Positions 36,916 through 49,324 of a stretch of DNA of 64,000 nucleotides are shown in pieces; the stretch's first letter is position 1; every line of letters begins with the position of its first letter. Where the stretch lies: the NCBI RefSeq assembly GCF_006345805.1, contig NC_043006.1:60016001-60080000 (forward strand). Direction: 5' to 3'. The notes beneath the pieces are model-generated. The model saw only the letters and a list, made by a program, of their open reading frames with translations, had not been told where the DNA came from and made no database searches. The position numbers and the translations under genes were made by a program. The DNA comes from Octopus sinensis. Taxonomy: Eukaryota.

Positions 36916-38662
36916 GGTAGTAGAGATGTAAATGTGTAAAATAAGATGATGTTAGTGTTATGACATTAAAATGAAAATGGAAACAGTTGTAAAATGCAAG
37001 GCGAGAGAAATGGTAAGAGCAACGGAGAAAGTGGTTATGAATTGCGTTGGGAATGTTGTCGTTTGAGTGGACATGAATTTTGAGTGCTACCACTGAACAG
37101 GCATTTGCTAAATGCTGTTACGTGGTAGCAGCGCGTGCTAGAAATAGTAGTCAAAATGTTTGATATTTCCTTAGTGGAATGAGTGTAGGAATGGTTGAGG
37201 GTAAGTTAGTAGGTCTGCAGGCCTGCACAAGTGAAGAAACAAAAGAATATCGGTAAATTTTAATGTGAAGAAAACGGGAAAAACTGTGACTGTTTTCGCT
37301 CGATACCCTGTTTTCCTATTCTTAATGAAAGAAACTGAAAAGAATTGAAAATGTAAGAAATTGACTGAAGCAATGTAGAAGATTGCTCGGCGCCCGCATT
37401 AGGGAAGAAGTAAAGAATTATTTTGAAAGAAGTGAAAATGTAAAAATTTGGAGTAGAGACAGGGAATTGAAAATGAAAGATATTTTTTTGCATAATTGGA
37501 ATTCTGTGGTTGAAAGCATCAGAATCCGCTGGAAAAGAAAGAAAGAAAAGTGTTGGGAGTTGATATGCAGGTGTACTTGTAAACATTAACCGATTTGGTT
37601 GGTATTTGTAGCACGTCGTGCTACCACTGAGCAGGTATTTGCGAAAAGCCGTTACGTAGTAGCAGCGCGTGCTAGAAATAACAGTGAAATCTTTCATATT
37701 GATGCAATTTACAAATGAAAAGGTTACGTACCGAATTCAGCAAAATGAATATATGTGTTTTAGTTGCTCAGTATTGCTTTGATAGAGCAATGTTGTGAAA
37801 GACAAAACGAGAGAAATGGTAAGAGGAAAGGAGACAGGGATTATGAATTGCGTTCCGAATGTTGTTTGCTTGGACATGAATTTTGTCGTATTTATAAGAA
37901 AGCAAACAGCTTGAAGGATGACGATATCAGTGGTGCTATAGTGGTGTGGGGTCGTTTGAACTCTCAGTACGCTAGGAAGGTTAGAGCTGAAGTGGATGAC
38001 AATATATTTCACTCGACAAGTTAGCAATATCAATAAGAAGATAAGCTATGCGGTAAAACCATCTAACTTTTTCTCAGTCCTTTAAAAAGTTTGTAAGTAC
38101 GAAACTTGCAAGGTAACCTTGAGTTCTATAAAATTATAAAGTCATTTACAGCTCTGCGGATAACTTCAGCTCTTCATTAGCTAAGATTAATTGGAAGATA
38201 ATATTGCTTTCTGCCACACATAATTCTTATCCTCAAAGCAACTGTCTCAAAAGATGTACATGTTCCTCTCTATATCATCGCAAATATCTTCAAAAAACTG
38301 TTGCATGCATGATCTATCGAAATACATCGACAGTTTAAAGGATAAAAATATATCCGATTATAAAATTGACAGCTTGGATATTGAAACTGCTTCTGTATAT
38401 CTCTATGAGCATAAGTGCTGTCCTAATGGAGCTTCCTATCAAATTCTAAATGGGAGGTGATGTCTTCATGGTTACACAAAAGGAAATTTATTCTAGAATT
38501 TTTCAATTTATCTAATAGATGAGCTTATACATTGTTTTAAAGTTACTCAGGAGTCTGTCATACGTCAGCATTTATGTGTGTGTGCGTATGTACCTCACAA
38601 GCTTCCCCTATCTAAATACAATGTAAACTTTACATGTACGTATATGTCGAGCTTTACATGTC

Positions 38663-38712
<50 letters not shown>

Positions 38713-38779
38713 AAAAAGTAAAAGGGTCAAAGGGAAGAGTAAGTACGGTTAGGCAGCTTTTTAATCGCTACATACAACT

Positions 38780-38832
<53 letters not shown>

Positions 38833-38850
38833 ATATATATATATATATAT

Positions 38851-38919
<69 letters not shown>

Positions 38920-39257
38920 TATTATATCATGTAAATATATCATATATATATATATATAAAATATGTATATATGATATGTACAGAGAGATAGAGAGAAATA
39001 CTATATACATGCACACATACACTCAATATTAACGTAAATGCGAATATGTGCCCTTACATACACACTCGCGCACACACATACACATGCGTACTTAAACATG
39101 TATACGTATGTGTTTATCGATTTATGCATGCATCTCTCTCTCTTTCTCACGACTCTCTCTCTCTCTAATATGTATACTATAGGATCATGTATATGTATGT
39201 TTACTCATATATGTGTGTGCTTGTGCAGGTGCTTTTTTACTTTTTCATCAGCATCAA

Positions 39258-39695
39258 CCTGTTGTTGTTGTTCTTGTTGTTCTTGTTCTTCTTGTTCTTC
39301 TTGTTCTTGTTCTTCTTGTTCTTGTTCTTGTTCTTCTTGTTCTTGTTCTTCTTCTTCTTCTTGTTCTTGTTCTTCTTGTTCTTCTTGTTCTTGTTCTTCT
39401 TCTTCTTCTTGTTCTTGTTCTTCTTGTTCTTCTTGTTCTTGTTCTTGTTCTTGTTCTTCTTCTTCTTGTTCTTCTTCTTGTTCTTGTTCTTCTTCTTCTT
39501 CTTCTTCTTGTTCTTGTTCTTCTTCTTCTTCTTCTTCTTGTTCTTCTTGTTCTTCTTGTTCTTGTTCTTCTTGTTCTTCTTGTTCTTCTTCTTGTTCTTG
39601 TTCTTCTTCTTCTTGTTCTTCTTCTTCTTCTTCTTCTTGTTCTTGTTCTTGTTCTTCTTCTTCTTCTTCTTCTTCTTCTTCTTCTTCTTCTTCTC
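39258..39695. repeat. Compound (TTC/TTG)n trinucleotide tract upstream of exon 3
   Basis: direct reading; source of the poly-S/C, F/L, E/Q and R/T ORFs. Confidence 0.95.
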
Positions 39696-39791
39696 CTATA
39701 ATCCACTCCTTGCCCATGTTAATTTCTTTGTATTTCTGTCTTTGGTCTTGCTTCTGTTTGTTCTCACAAAATGTCTCTTTTATATCATCAG

Positions 39792-40019
39792 CCGTCTGTA
39801 CTGTTTCGGATCTCAGCACGGATCAAAATTCACTGATAATTGGACAGCCAAGAAACGGCAGCAGTGTTATGTTTTCTCCGGCGAGGATGCTTTTTCTCGA
39901 AGATCGTGGCGTTTATATGGGAACAGAAACAATACGTGGTATTCCATGCTACCATTGGAAGTCATGCCAGGAATGGAGCGTTTTTAGTGCTAAGATGAAT
40001 GTTCATTGGTATTTTGCAG
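39792..40019 (+). CDS. Gene 2 exon 3 (SVCTVSDL...YMGTETIRGIPCYHWKSC...VHWYFA)
   Basis: catcag acceptor, GCAG|gtaaat donor, 228 nt phase 1/1; Y-x-G-x-x-x-(I/V)RGIPCxxW motif of EPDR-like domains. Confidence 0.9.
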
Positions 40020-40480
40020 GTAAATAATTAAATATGAATCGAAAGCTTATTAAAATATCATCATCATCATCACCACCATCACCACCACCTTCATCATCAT
40101 CATTACCACCACCACCATCATCATCATCTCATCGTCGTCGTCATCGTCATCGTCGTCATCCTCCTCCTCCTCCTCATCATCATCATCACTTTGATCGTTT
40201 CGCCGATTGCATAGTTGGACGAGTCTTCTCCCACACACCATCCCACCGAACGTTCCTTTCCTTTATTATCTCCTTTTATGACGTCCAGTTTTGCATGATG
40301 TTTAAACATTTTTATATTCGTTTCCAGCTGTTTTTATTGTTGTTGATATTAGTATTCCCAGTAAACCGAGAATCAAAGTCATTCCGACCACGAGCATTCT
40401 GTCTTTCGTGGTATACTTAAGATTATAGTATACAATGTGACCTTTAATTTTCGAGACAGTAATGTGAGATTTACGTTTGG

Positions 40481-40549
40481 TTGATATATGTTGTATGCTA
40501 AAGAAACATTTCGAGATTTCATTGGCTCCTCTCGTCAGTATAATATCAA
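40481..40549 (-). ncRNA. Candidate type I hammerhead with bulged stem I (degenerate second copy at 34931-34998)
   Basis: minus strand TTGATATTATA-CTGACGA-GAGG..TCTC-GAA-ATGTT..AACAT-A-TATCAA. Confidence 0.5.
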
Positions 40550-41065
40550 TCACTCATTTTGATGTCTGCATTGAGGTCTTTATACCCCAGATTTTTCAAT
40601 CTACGCCTGCATTGCTCGCTCAAGTCACCTCGCTGTACACACACACACACTCACAACCGCCCAAGACACACACACACACGCACGTACACACACTCACACA
40701 AATAGATAAATTGTTTTTCTTAACATTTCCTTTAGAATTTGTTGCGTGTTTAGGTATATTGCTTTGTCATACTTGGTGAAACGCGTTTTTGTATTTCTTA
40801 GTTCCTATTCAGTAAAAAATAATAAAAAATTAGCTGCCTCTAGCTTTCTATAAATATTTGCTAAGCCGTTTACTCTTTGCTTGCAAGCGGCACTGTTTAT
40901 TGTTTTTAATGTTTTAAAATGGAAGTGGCGGCGTCGGTTTCAATGTTCTCTCTCATTTGCTTGTCATTGTTGTTTTTGCTCGTATTTGTAGCAGCGTGAG
41001 GCGTGGTGATAATGTTGCTTTCACACTTGTTTTTTTTCGAATATGTTTTCTTGTTATCACTGCTT

Positions 41066-42200
41066 TCTCTAAAGACAAGAACTATCTTCAGCGACCCGGA
41101 AGGTAGGTTGGTCGTTCTTGACGTGACACTAAGCGGCGGTCTTCAGGCTGGTAGCTGTCTATGCCCACTCGGGAACTGGACAGTCTGATTTTTTTCGAGG
41201 CCTGGAGAAGTTCCTTGGGACGTCTCACACCATAGTGATGTTAGCTGACTTTAACGTGATTTGCGATGCACGCGTAGATTACGTTAACTCGTCTACTGAT
41301 AGGAGGGAAAACCTGTGCTTCAGTAATCTACTCAGTCGATTTCGGCTAGCAAATAGATACAGACTAGATGTCCCAGATGCTCCATTGTGGACATCGTCTA
41401 ATAACGATGGGTCATCTAGATCTTACTTAGACAGGATTCTAATTAGGGAAATACACAAAAACCTAGTTAGTCGTCCACAATTTCACTATGTCAGCTACAG
41501 TGATCACAAATTTGTGACCTGTAGGCTGGACATAAATACGTTACGTAGACAGATATCCGGCTACTGAAAGTCAATAAGCCACGTTTGGTTTATGAGGAGT
41601 ACAGGAATCGGATTAGGCAGTCAGTGGTGCGGGCATTGTGTGGTGCCATTATTAACAACAAATAGTGCTGTGCCCTTAAAAGAGCCATAAGATTTGAGTG
41701 TACTAGGTATATCAAGGAATTAGTGGCTAAGAAAAATAGAGTAGGGAGGGCTTTAGTTAGGGCTATAAACAAAGCACGGAAATCTGGCTTCGCGCCCCGA
41801 GTTTTAGCTGCGAGAATGGCGCTTAACTATCACCTCGAGGCCCAAAACGAAGGATGCGTAGTCAGGGCGAAGCAACTTGCAATCGTTCGGGAAGGAATCA
41901 AAGCTGCGGGATGGGCCCTTGTGATAGAGACACAACGTGGCAATAATGGCATTGTAAGGTCTTTGATGAATAATCAAGGGAACTTGGTAAACGAATCCGA
42001 GGAGATGTGTAAGGTCTTTCAGGAGCATTTCGCTTTGCTTTTCGGGAGGGGCAGCGGGCCAGAATGAAGAAGGGGCCTCACGTACCTCCTCGCCGGCGTG
42101 CCACGTCTCTCGGGGTGAGAAGCGGAGTGCATCTGCACCCAACACTCTCTACGCGGAGGGACGGGCATGCCGTGGTTAATGATATACAAATATATAGACA
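41066..42200 (+). mobile_element. L1/Tx1-clade LINE, apurinic endonuclease region, decayed
   Basis: DPEGRLVVLDV, ADFNVICDARVD, SRSYLDRIL, SDHKFV, GY*K motifs. Confidence 0.85.
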
Positions 42201-42830
42201 TTTCTCTAAAAAACATCTCAAATCTTTGAATCACACACAGTGATATTTCATCATGGCTGTTTATAGTCGCACTGGAGACCGAATGAGATTGGAGGGGAAA
42301 AAGGGAGAGGGGGCGAAGAGGAAGAAGGTAAGCTCACCGAAACTCCAGTGTGAGGACAAATTTATGTATAGAAACCTAGAATGTTGAGAGGAGCGTCGTA
42401 AAGTTGGACATAGCATAGCTCAGATATAGGAATCTATGAACAACATACTATTATTATCATTAATATTAATACGCTAATTTGTTTTTGTACGTACCTGATG
42501 CGTGTGTCATACTTAAGAGAAAGAAAGTTTTGAAAGAAATTTTGTTGCTTAAATAAAATTTTTAAACTTGGTCTCTTGTAATTTCTGGAAGAGATTTGAA
42601 ACGACCACCTACGTGTTGTAATACTACTTCTCAACACCCATGGCTACTGGTCCACCGAAGCAGCAACAATCTTAATGGGATAATTAAGATACCTAAATTT
42701 GACGTGTGTGTCGAGCAAGTGAGAAAGAAGGGGAGAGAGAGAGTGATAGGGAGTGGCTAAATTTCTTTGAATTCCTTTCTACGATTGAACAGAAATTGAC
42801 CCCTGGCTATCAAAGGCCCCCACACATAGA

Positions 42831-42866
<36 letters not shown>

Positions 42867-43120
42867 TTGTTTTAGGTCTTCTACCCATTTCAATTCGGCC
42901 ATACACCGGATAACATGGCCATACACCAGATAACGATTCTGCCAGCACGCCGCCTTTAACTGTCACAATATAGAAACATTTTCCATGGCACCTGCACTCA
43001 ATTTTTCAGATACTTACACTTATCATATTTTCCGTGATTTTTTCACGGGTTCAGCTAGTTGTTGATGTTGTTGTTGTTGTTGTTGTTGCTGTTGTTGTTG
43101 TTGTTGTTCTTCTTCTTCTT

Positions 43121-43154
<34 letters not shown>

Positions 43155-43178
43155 GTTTTTCCTCTTCTTTGGTCTTAG

Positions 43179-43330
43179 TTGACAACTACTGGTCGACAGC
43201 TCAATCGTCTAATTACCATATACCAGTCCGGTGTGATGTAGATGGAATCGCAAGGTTTACAGCTTTCCATCATATTTATGATTTCTTCCACTTCCGCTCT
43301 GGTCTTCCAGATGACCCCACCATCTTTGAA
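43179..43330 (+). CDS. Gene 2 exon 4 (VDNYWSTAQSSNYHIPVRCDVDG...HIYDFFHFRSGLPDDPTIFE)
   Basis: tcttag acceptor, GAA|gtaagt donor, 152 nt phase 1/0; IPVR..YDF..F...P-D-P-x-I-F end-of-domain pattern. Confidence 0.9.
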
Positions 43331-43337
43331 GTAAGTA

Positions 43338-43373
<36 letters not shown>

Positions 43374-44424
43374 TTTGATCGCTCGTCTATAATAAATCTT
43401 ATTTGTATCGCTTGGCAACATGCAAGGTCTTGATTATAATCAACTGAATCGACGCGAGTATGTTATTATGTCGTTGTTGATAATGATGAAGCTTAACCCT
43501 TTGCAAGCTCTGATCGACAAAGACATTCGAGCTGAGGCCATTTTTATATTTCACTGTGCCTACATTATCTTAATTTTTTGCAGACTATATAGGGTGTCAA
43601 TTTTGATCAAATAACTGCGTATAGGCTCCTTATCTTGACTCATCACTAGTGCTTGTACACATGAGACAAAGTTGAGAAGTTGAAATGAATTGAATTAGAT
43701 TCAAAGCTAGAAATCAGACAATCAAAACTGAATGCTACGACAAATCATATCAGTATCTCAACTTCAACAGTCGTTAATCTTAAGAGTGCACAACTGAGAT
43801 AGGGTGGTGGATGTGAAAAGTATTTTGAGAAATGATAAGTGACAGTAAGAAAAAGGCCGTCTTCTAAGTACAGCGCACTGCTTTCTGATGTTAGCTCATC
43901 TTCTATACCCTGTAGCTTTCGGGGTCGATGAAATAAGTACCAGCTGAGTATTACCTGGAGTCTCCGTAATCGACTTATCCCCTCCCACGAAAATGCTGCC
44001 ATTGTACCCCACCCCATATATAGTACTAGGGTACTTAGCAAAAAGGTTTTGCAGTAAACACCTATGTTTTTACCGTACGCTTCGTGCGGTTTTGAAGAGC
44101 AATATTCCTGAGTTAGCACTGGCATAAAACCAGGAAATAGTAATATCTTCATATTACTCTGATAGATAGATATAGATGGTTAAATCTATGTATATCCGTG
44201 CGTGTAGCAAAACATACTACAGATGGACCAGGAGACTGACAGGAAAACCGAAAAGTCGGCACAGGCAGACTCATACAAGACTGGTCAATTTTGGCATCTA
44301 AGACCACAAGGTTCTTTCCAACAGTACACACAACTTATTAGAGTTGCTAATATGTAGATGAGGGCGCACAAAAAAAAAATGGAAAATACAGATCGAAACA
44401 ATCAGAGAATATACAAGGTCTTAG

Positions 44425-44590
44425 CAAGGCCGGCCCTAGGGTTGCTGGTGCCCCGGACAAGCTGAAGTTCGTCGTGTACAAGTTGACAGTCGTAGAAATT
44501 TCCTTGTCTTTGTCACGCCCTCCTTGTCGCCCCCTAGCACATGACGCCCCGGGCGACTACCCTAGTTGCCTGTACCTTTAGCCGGCCCTG
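44425..44590. mobile_element. hAT-like MITE
   Basis: termini CAAGGCCGGC/GCCGGCCCTG, perfect 8-bp TSD GGTCTTAG (44417-44424, 44591-44598). Confidence 0.85.
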
Positions 44591-45124
44591 GGTCTTAGGA
44601 CCGAAAACGATGGTCGTGAGATATATGCGAGAAGAAAAGGGAATGTATGGAACGAAAGACGAACCAATCAGAGAAATATACAAGTGTTCATACAATATGA
44701 CGAAAAGTTTAAGCTGGTAAAATACAAAATGAAACGAAAAAATGTAAAAAGAAATTTCTCTTTTGTCTTGTGTTGCAACTAGTTACAGAATATTTCTTGT
44801 CATTTCAACTACAGAAATACTGTGAACTTGTGAATGACCGGTCAGTAAGACAGAACAAATGATACTAATGTTACCAGGTGTGAAATATAATAAGCGGATA
44901 GAGAAGACAACAAAAAGAGCAACGACACTTAGTTATTATTTGCTTATAGAGCATCCTTCTTTCAAATAAAATATATTATCTTATCTACAGAATGAATGAA
45001 TGGCTTTGCCACCAGTTGGCACGCTAATAGCCATGGAGTCGGCAGTTCTTAGTCTACAGCGTTTGACTCTCGACTTAGCTGTCTCTAAGTAGACACACAC
45101 GAGATAGTGTACACACACAGAGAC

Positions 45125-45155
<31 letters not shown>

Positions 45156-45583
45156 CACACACACACACACACACAACACACACAGACACACACAGACACA
45201 CACACACAGACATACACGTGGCTCATTCAGATAAGAGAGGGCAGCTTCATGATCTATTTCAAGGTGTCCGGGAGGAAGGAAATTAATCTTGGACAATAAT
45301 TTTGTTCCGAAAGCTTACACCAGAATGGACTCCGTTAAAGACGTCCATGGTTAGGTGGTAGAGGGAAAGGGGGCGACAGATTTAGTTTACCAAATAACAA
45401 CAGGGTCGGTAGCACTGAAAAGGTTCTCACACAATTTCCATGTACCAAATATTAGTCACAAATCTTCGATCACCTGAAGACTGTTTGGGGAAGTAACCAC
45501 TCAATGATGCGGCGCAATCGGATCGAAAGTAGATCCACGTGGTTTGCGAAGTAAAAATTTCTTATTACATAGTAGTATATTTC

Positions 45584-46019
45584 GGATCTTTTCGGTTTGA
45601 ACGGCAGTTTTTAACATAATTTCTAGCTAACTAAAAAATTTTGAACTTCGTATACTGGTAGAATGTGTTTATAAAACATCTTTTACTCTTGGCTTTATTG
45701 AGAAAATTCTATAGTTTGTAAGATATTTGTTATTTTTTTATTCAATTTCTGCAATTTCAACCAATCACTGACGTCCATTGAGGTAAACCACATTCTGTGC
45801 CGTATGAATATGTCCCTCGTTTAAGAAACAGATTGGGTTTATTTACATTTGTGAAGAAAAAAAGATACTCTTCCACCCACCCCTAACCATAACTAACCCT
45901 AACTAACCCTAACCCTAAAACAGATTGAAATGCAATAGATCGATACTAGGGTCATAATTATGGGTGACAATTTCATATGACACCGCTAGAAAAAACTGCC
46001 GTTCAAACCGAAAAGATCC
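45584..46019. mobile_element. MITE with ~29-bp TIRs and internal (TAACCC)-like repeats
   Basis: GGATCTTTTCGGTTTGAACGGCAGTTTTT and its reverse complement at 45990-46019. Confidence 0.8.
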
Positions 46020-46281
46020 CATTGTTCTCTCAACGGAAGCGATTAAAAGGTTATTAAGATGTCATGTAGTGAAGGTTATATTTTATTTTTTACCGGTGTT
46101 CGTTACTAGAATACAGCCACATCAAGATATGATTTTCAGGGACTCACAACCAATTCATATTGATAATTATGTAACTGACTTCTAAGGGAAACAACAAGAA
46201 ACAAAGAACATTTTCATTTTGTTTGTTGAGCAATATAAACGTTAGGGTGATGCTACAGCTTTTATCGATATCTATTAACAG

Positions 46282-46404
46282 ACTCCAGATGGTGTTTATT
46301 GTCCAAACCGTAAGATAACAAAACAGTTACCAAGTGTACCGCTAACAATGTCTTTTTACACAGAAATTGTCACAGAGAGTTTTCCAGTCGTGGCAACAAT
46401 GAAG
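46282..46404 (+). CDS. Gene 2 exon 5 (TPDGVYCPNRKITKQLPSVPLTMSFYTEIVTESFPVVATMK)
   Basis: aacag acceptor, AAG|gtaagt donor, 123 nt phase 0/0; closes domain 1 (FE-TP-x-x-x-x-C) and opens domain 2 (LP-x-x-P..F). Confidence 0.9.
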
Positions 46405-46650
46405 GTAAGTTTGCTATTCTTATTCTCCACCATATTTATATATATAATTAATAATATCAAAGGGTAATCTGAAATATTAAAAATTTCCATTACCAGTGGC
46501 CTCGCGTGTAAAAGATTTCGTCAATAGACTACATACTATTCATATAAATACAGTGTACATTTAAACACAAAGGAGGTATCCATCATAAGGTATCCTACAC
46601 GCGTGTAGGTAGTCCTATGCGGGATACCTCTTTTGTGTTTTTATGTACAC

Positions 46651-46707
<57 letters not shown>

Positions 46708-46936
46708 ATGTATGGTTTCCAGTTTACATCCAGTATTTATATATTTTGTGATAATCTGGAATCGAAATGTCATAGTGTAGTTATGAAAATTGATAACATA
46801 CACATTAAACAAGATGAATAACCCGAAAATTTAAATCACATATGACGGAAAATTATTTGTACTAGCTGAACTTCGTGATTGAATTTCAATATTCCAATGC
46901 ACATTACAACGTGTCCTGACCTTTTTTTTTCTGTAG

Positions 46937-47045
46937 GAAGAATATGATCATCTGGCCTTTCTGACTAAGTTCACCTACACAGCTTTGCCTCTCTACCAGA
47001 AATTCTCCGCGAACGAAGTTGTCGAAATTCACGACTTCTTAACAG
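46937..47045 (+). CDS. Gene 2 exon 6 (EEYDHLAFLTKFTYTALPLYQKFSANEVVEIHDFLT)
   Basis: ttttctgtag acceptor, ACAG|gtaaca donor, 109 nt phase 0/1; EEYD mirrors EYYD of domain 1. Confidence 0.9.
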
Positions 47046-47801
47046 GTAACAGTTTTAGAAGTTTCTTTGGTACCTCTGTGTCTTTTGCTGTGGTTAATTT
47101 TGTGAAATTGTGAATGAGGAAGAGCGAGGGAGAGAGAGAGGGAAGGAGAGAAGGAGAGGGAGGGAAGAAGGGAGGGAGAGGGAGAGAGAAAGTTGGCTTA
47201 TTGACATGTGATTAGCATTCAAATCAGGGTCTTCTATCTTTAGAGGTCGGTTGTGAAGTACTTAATGGATAATCGATGATAAATAAAATCCATGTAGTGT
47301 GAATTCAATTCACAAAAAAATCTCCCTAAATCGAGTTTAAAGCTCCATTTCGTTTTATTTAACTAAGCAAATCATACACACACTTTTAAAGCAGTTGCAT
47401 AAGTAACAGTGGCGCTTTTCTGGAAATTCATTGATCTTGTATAATCTAAAACACAAACGCTTTTGACTTACTTGTTTCGCCTTCTCTTGTGACTTAAACT
47501 GTAGCCACAGTTTTTCTCCCTGAATTCACACTTAGCGGTTGAAAAGGAAAATTTACTTCGCCGATCTCGCCGATAAGTATTACGATTGAAGAACACATTC
47601 AAAAGCTTTGAATTTTAAAATTTTCCATTTGCTGCCGAATTGAGCTATAGTCTATGTCTCTACTTATTAGCACTTATAGTCTACACGTCGTTTTGCTTTG
47701 ATGATTTAAGAAACGTTACTTGCTCCTTGACTCATCAAAAATGAATACATACATTACATACATACACACGTACGCATAAGTATGTGTGTGTGTGTGTATT
47801 A

Positions 47802-47833
<32 letters not shown>

Positions 47834-49013
47834 CTAGCTGGTGTACCCGGTAATTCCCGGGGGTAAAGATGTTCTATTGAAACGCCTTACTACTCTGATA
47901 TAAGAAAGCAATTTCGTTATAACTGCTACAAAAGGTGTATTTTTCTCCACGGAAGTGTACAAAAAACTGTCAGCTGGAGGAGGGAGAAATTGTTGAAGTT
48001 TGGCGAGAGAGGTTTTCGGAGGTTGGCGAGAAAGATTGTCGGATGATGGTGAGAGAGGTTGTTTGAGGTTGGCGAGAGGCAGTGTCATTATTCTGCTTAG
48101 CGAAGGCGTCTGGGAAATGTATAAATGCTGTCATTCACAGAAAAAACTATTGTTTTACCGTGAGAAAAGCGCTGTTGAAGTTTGAAGGGAATTTAGCAAT
48201 CGAGGATCGAATCCACGCTATGCCTGCATGAAGTCAACTCAAATACATTGTGGGATGAAAGATTTATTTACTGTCAAAGAAAAAGTGTAACTGTAAAATG
48301 CTGATTTATCGGAGTAATGGGCATTCAAAAAAGTATGTATGTATAGAAATGTATGAATGAAGTCTTTAAGGTTTAAGATTCAAATTAAGGAAGTGCAATA
48401 ATAATGTTTAGCAGTTGAAAACTGTGAGTAATGAAACGCAAAATAAGGTCGGCTGATAGTGAGAATCAAATATTGATAGCTTTGCTAAAATTTGCAGGTG
48501 GTATGGATTATTTCCCTTGGTTGTTTAAATAAATATTTGAATATGAAGTAGATAGAAGGATCCATCGGAAGTGCCCTATTATCGGATTTTTTCAACAATC
48601 TAAGTATCTCACGAGGTTTCCCGACATGAGTTCTATTCACGTGCCAATGTATAAAAGTGATATTGTTTGCAAAAATTAGAAATAGGACACACAAAAGAAT
48701 CAATATTCAAAGTAATCGAACATAAACACTGAAATGGGTTGTTTCCTTTGAGTGTTAAAAAAATATTGTACAGGTTCTATGGGTTATACCCCTTGGATGT
48801 TTAAATAAAAAATTAGCTATATGAAGTAGATATAAAGATCCCTTCCAGGGACCGTATTATCGATTTTATCTACAATGTAAGTATGTCACGAGGTTTCCAG
48901 GCATGAGTTCTACTCACGTGTCATGTTTCACCAAAATCAATAAAACGATGTAGGAGGGGTTAGATAACAGCACCACAAACAAACGCAAACCGATTTTCCA
49001 CATATGTAGTAGA
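47834..49013 (-). mobile_element. Non-autonomous Helitron, copy 1
   Basis: minus strand A|TCTACTAC 5' end, 3' hairpin CCCGG-GAATTA-CCGGG then CTAG|T; internal ~280-bp subrepeats. Confidence 0.85.
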
Positions 49014-49292
49014 TTTAATATTCATTTCTTTATTGCCCACAGGGGCTAAACATAGAGGGGACAAACAAGGACAGAAAAAGGGATTAAGTAGATTACATTG
49101 ACCGCAGTGCGTAACTGGTACTTATTTAATCGACCCCGAAAGGATTAACGACAATCCGACCTCGGCATAATTTGAATTCAGAGCGTAACGGCAAATACCT
49201 ATTTCTTTACTACCCACAGGGGCTAAACACAGAGAGGACAAACAAGGACAGACAAACGGATTAAGTCGATTATATGGCAGCTCGCCGCCATG
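49014..49292 (-). mobile_element. SINE family A remnant, duplicated together with the Helitron (second copy 50513-50792)
   Basis: reverse-complement family A sequence ending GCAGCTCGCCGCC. Confidence 0.8.
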
Positions 49293-49324
49293 ATATATAT
49301 ATATATATATAATATATATATATA

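Noticed and set aside
39038-40027. 329-aa Cys/Ser-rich ORF and antisense 204-aa Glu/Gln-rich ORF
   Set aside because: Only 39792-40019 is a real exon; the rest is the TTC/TTG microsatellite.
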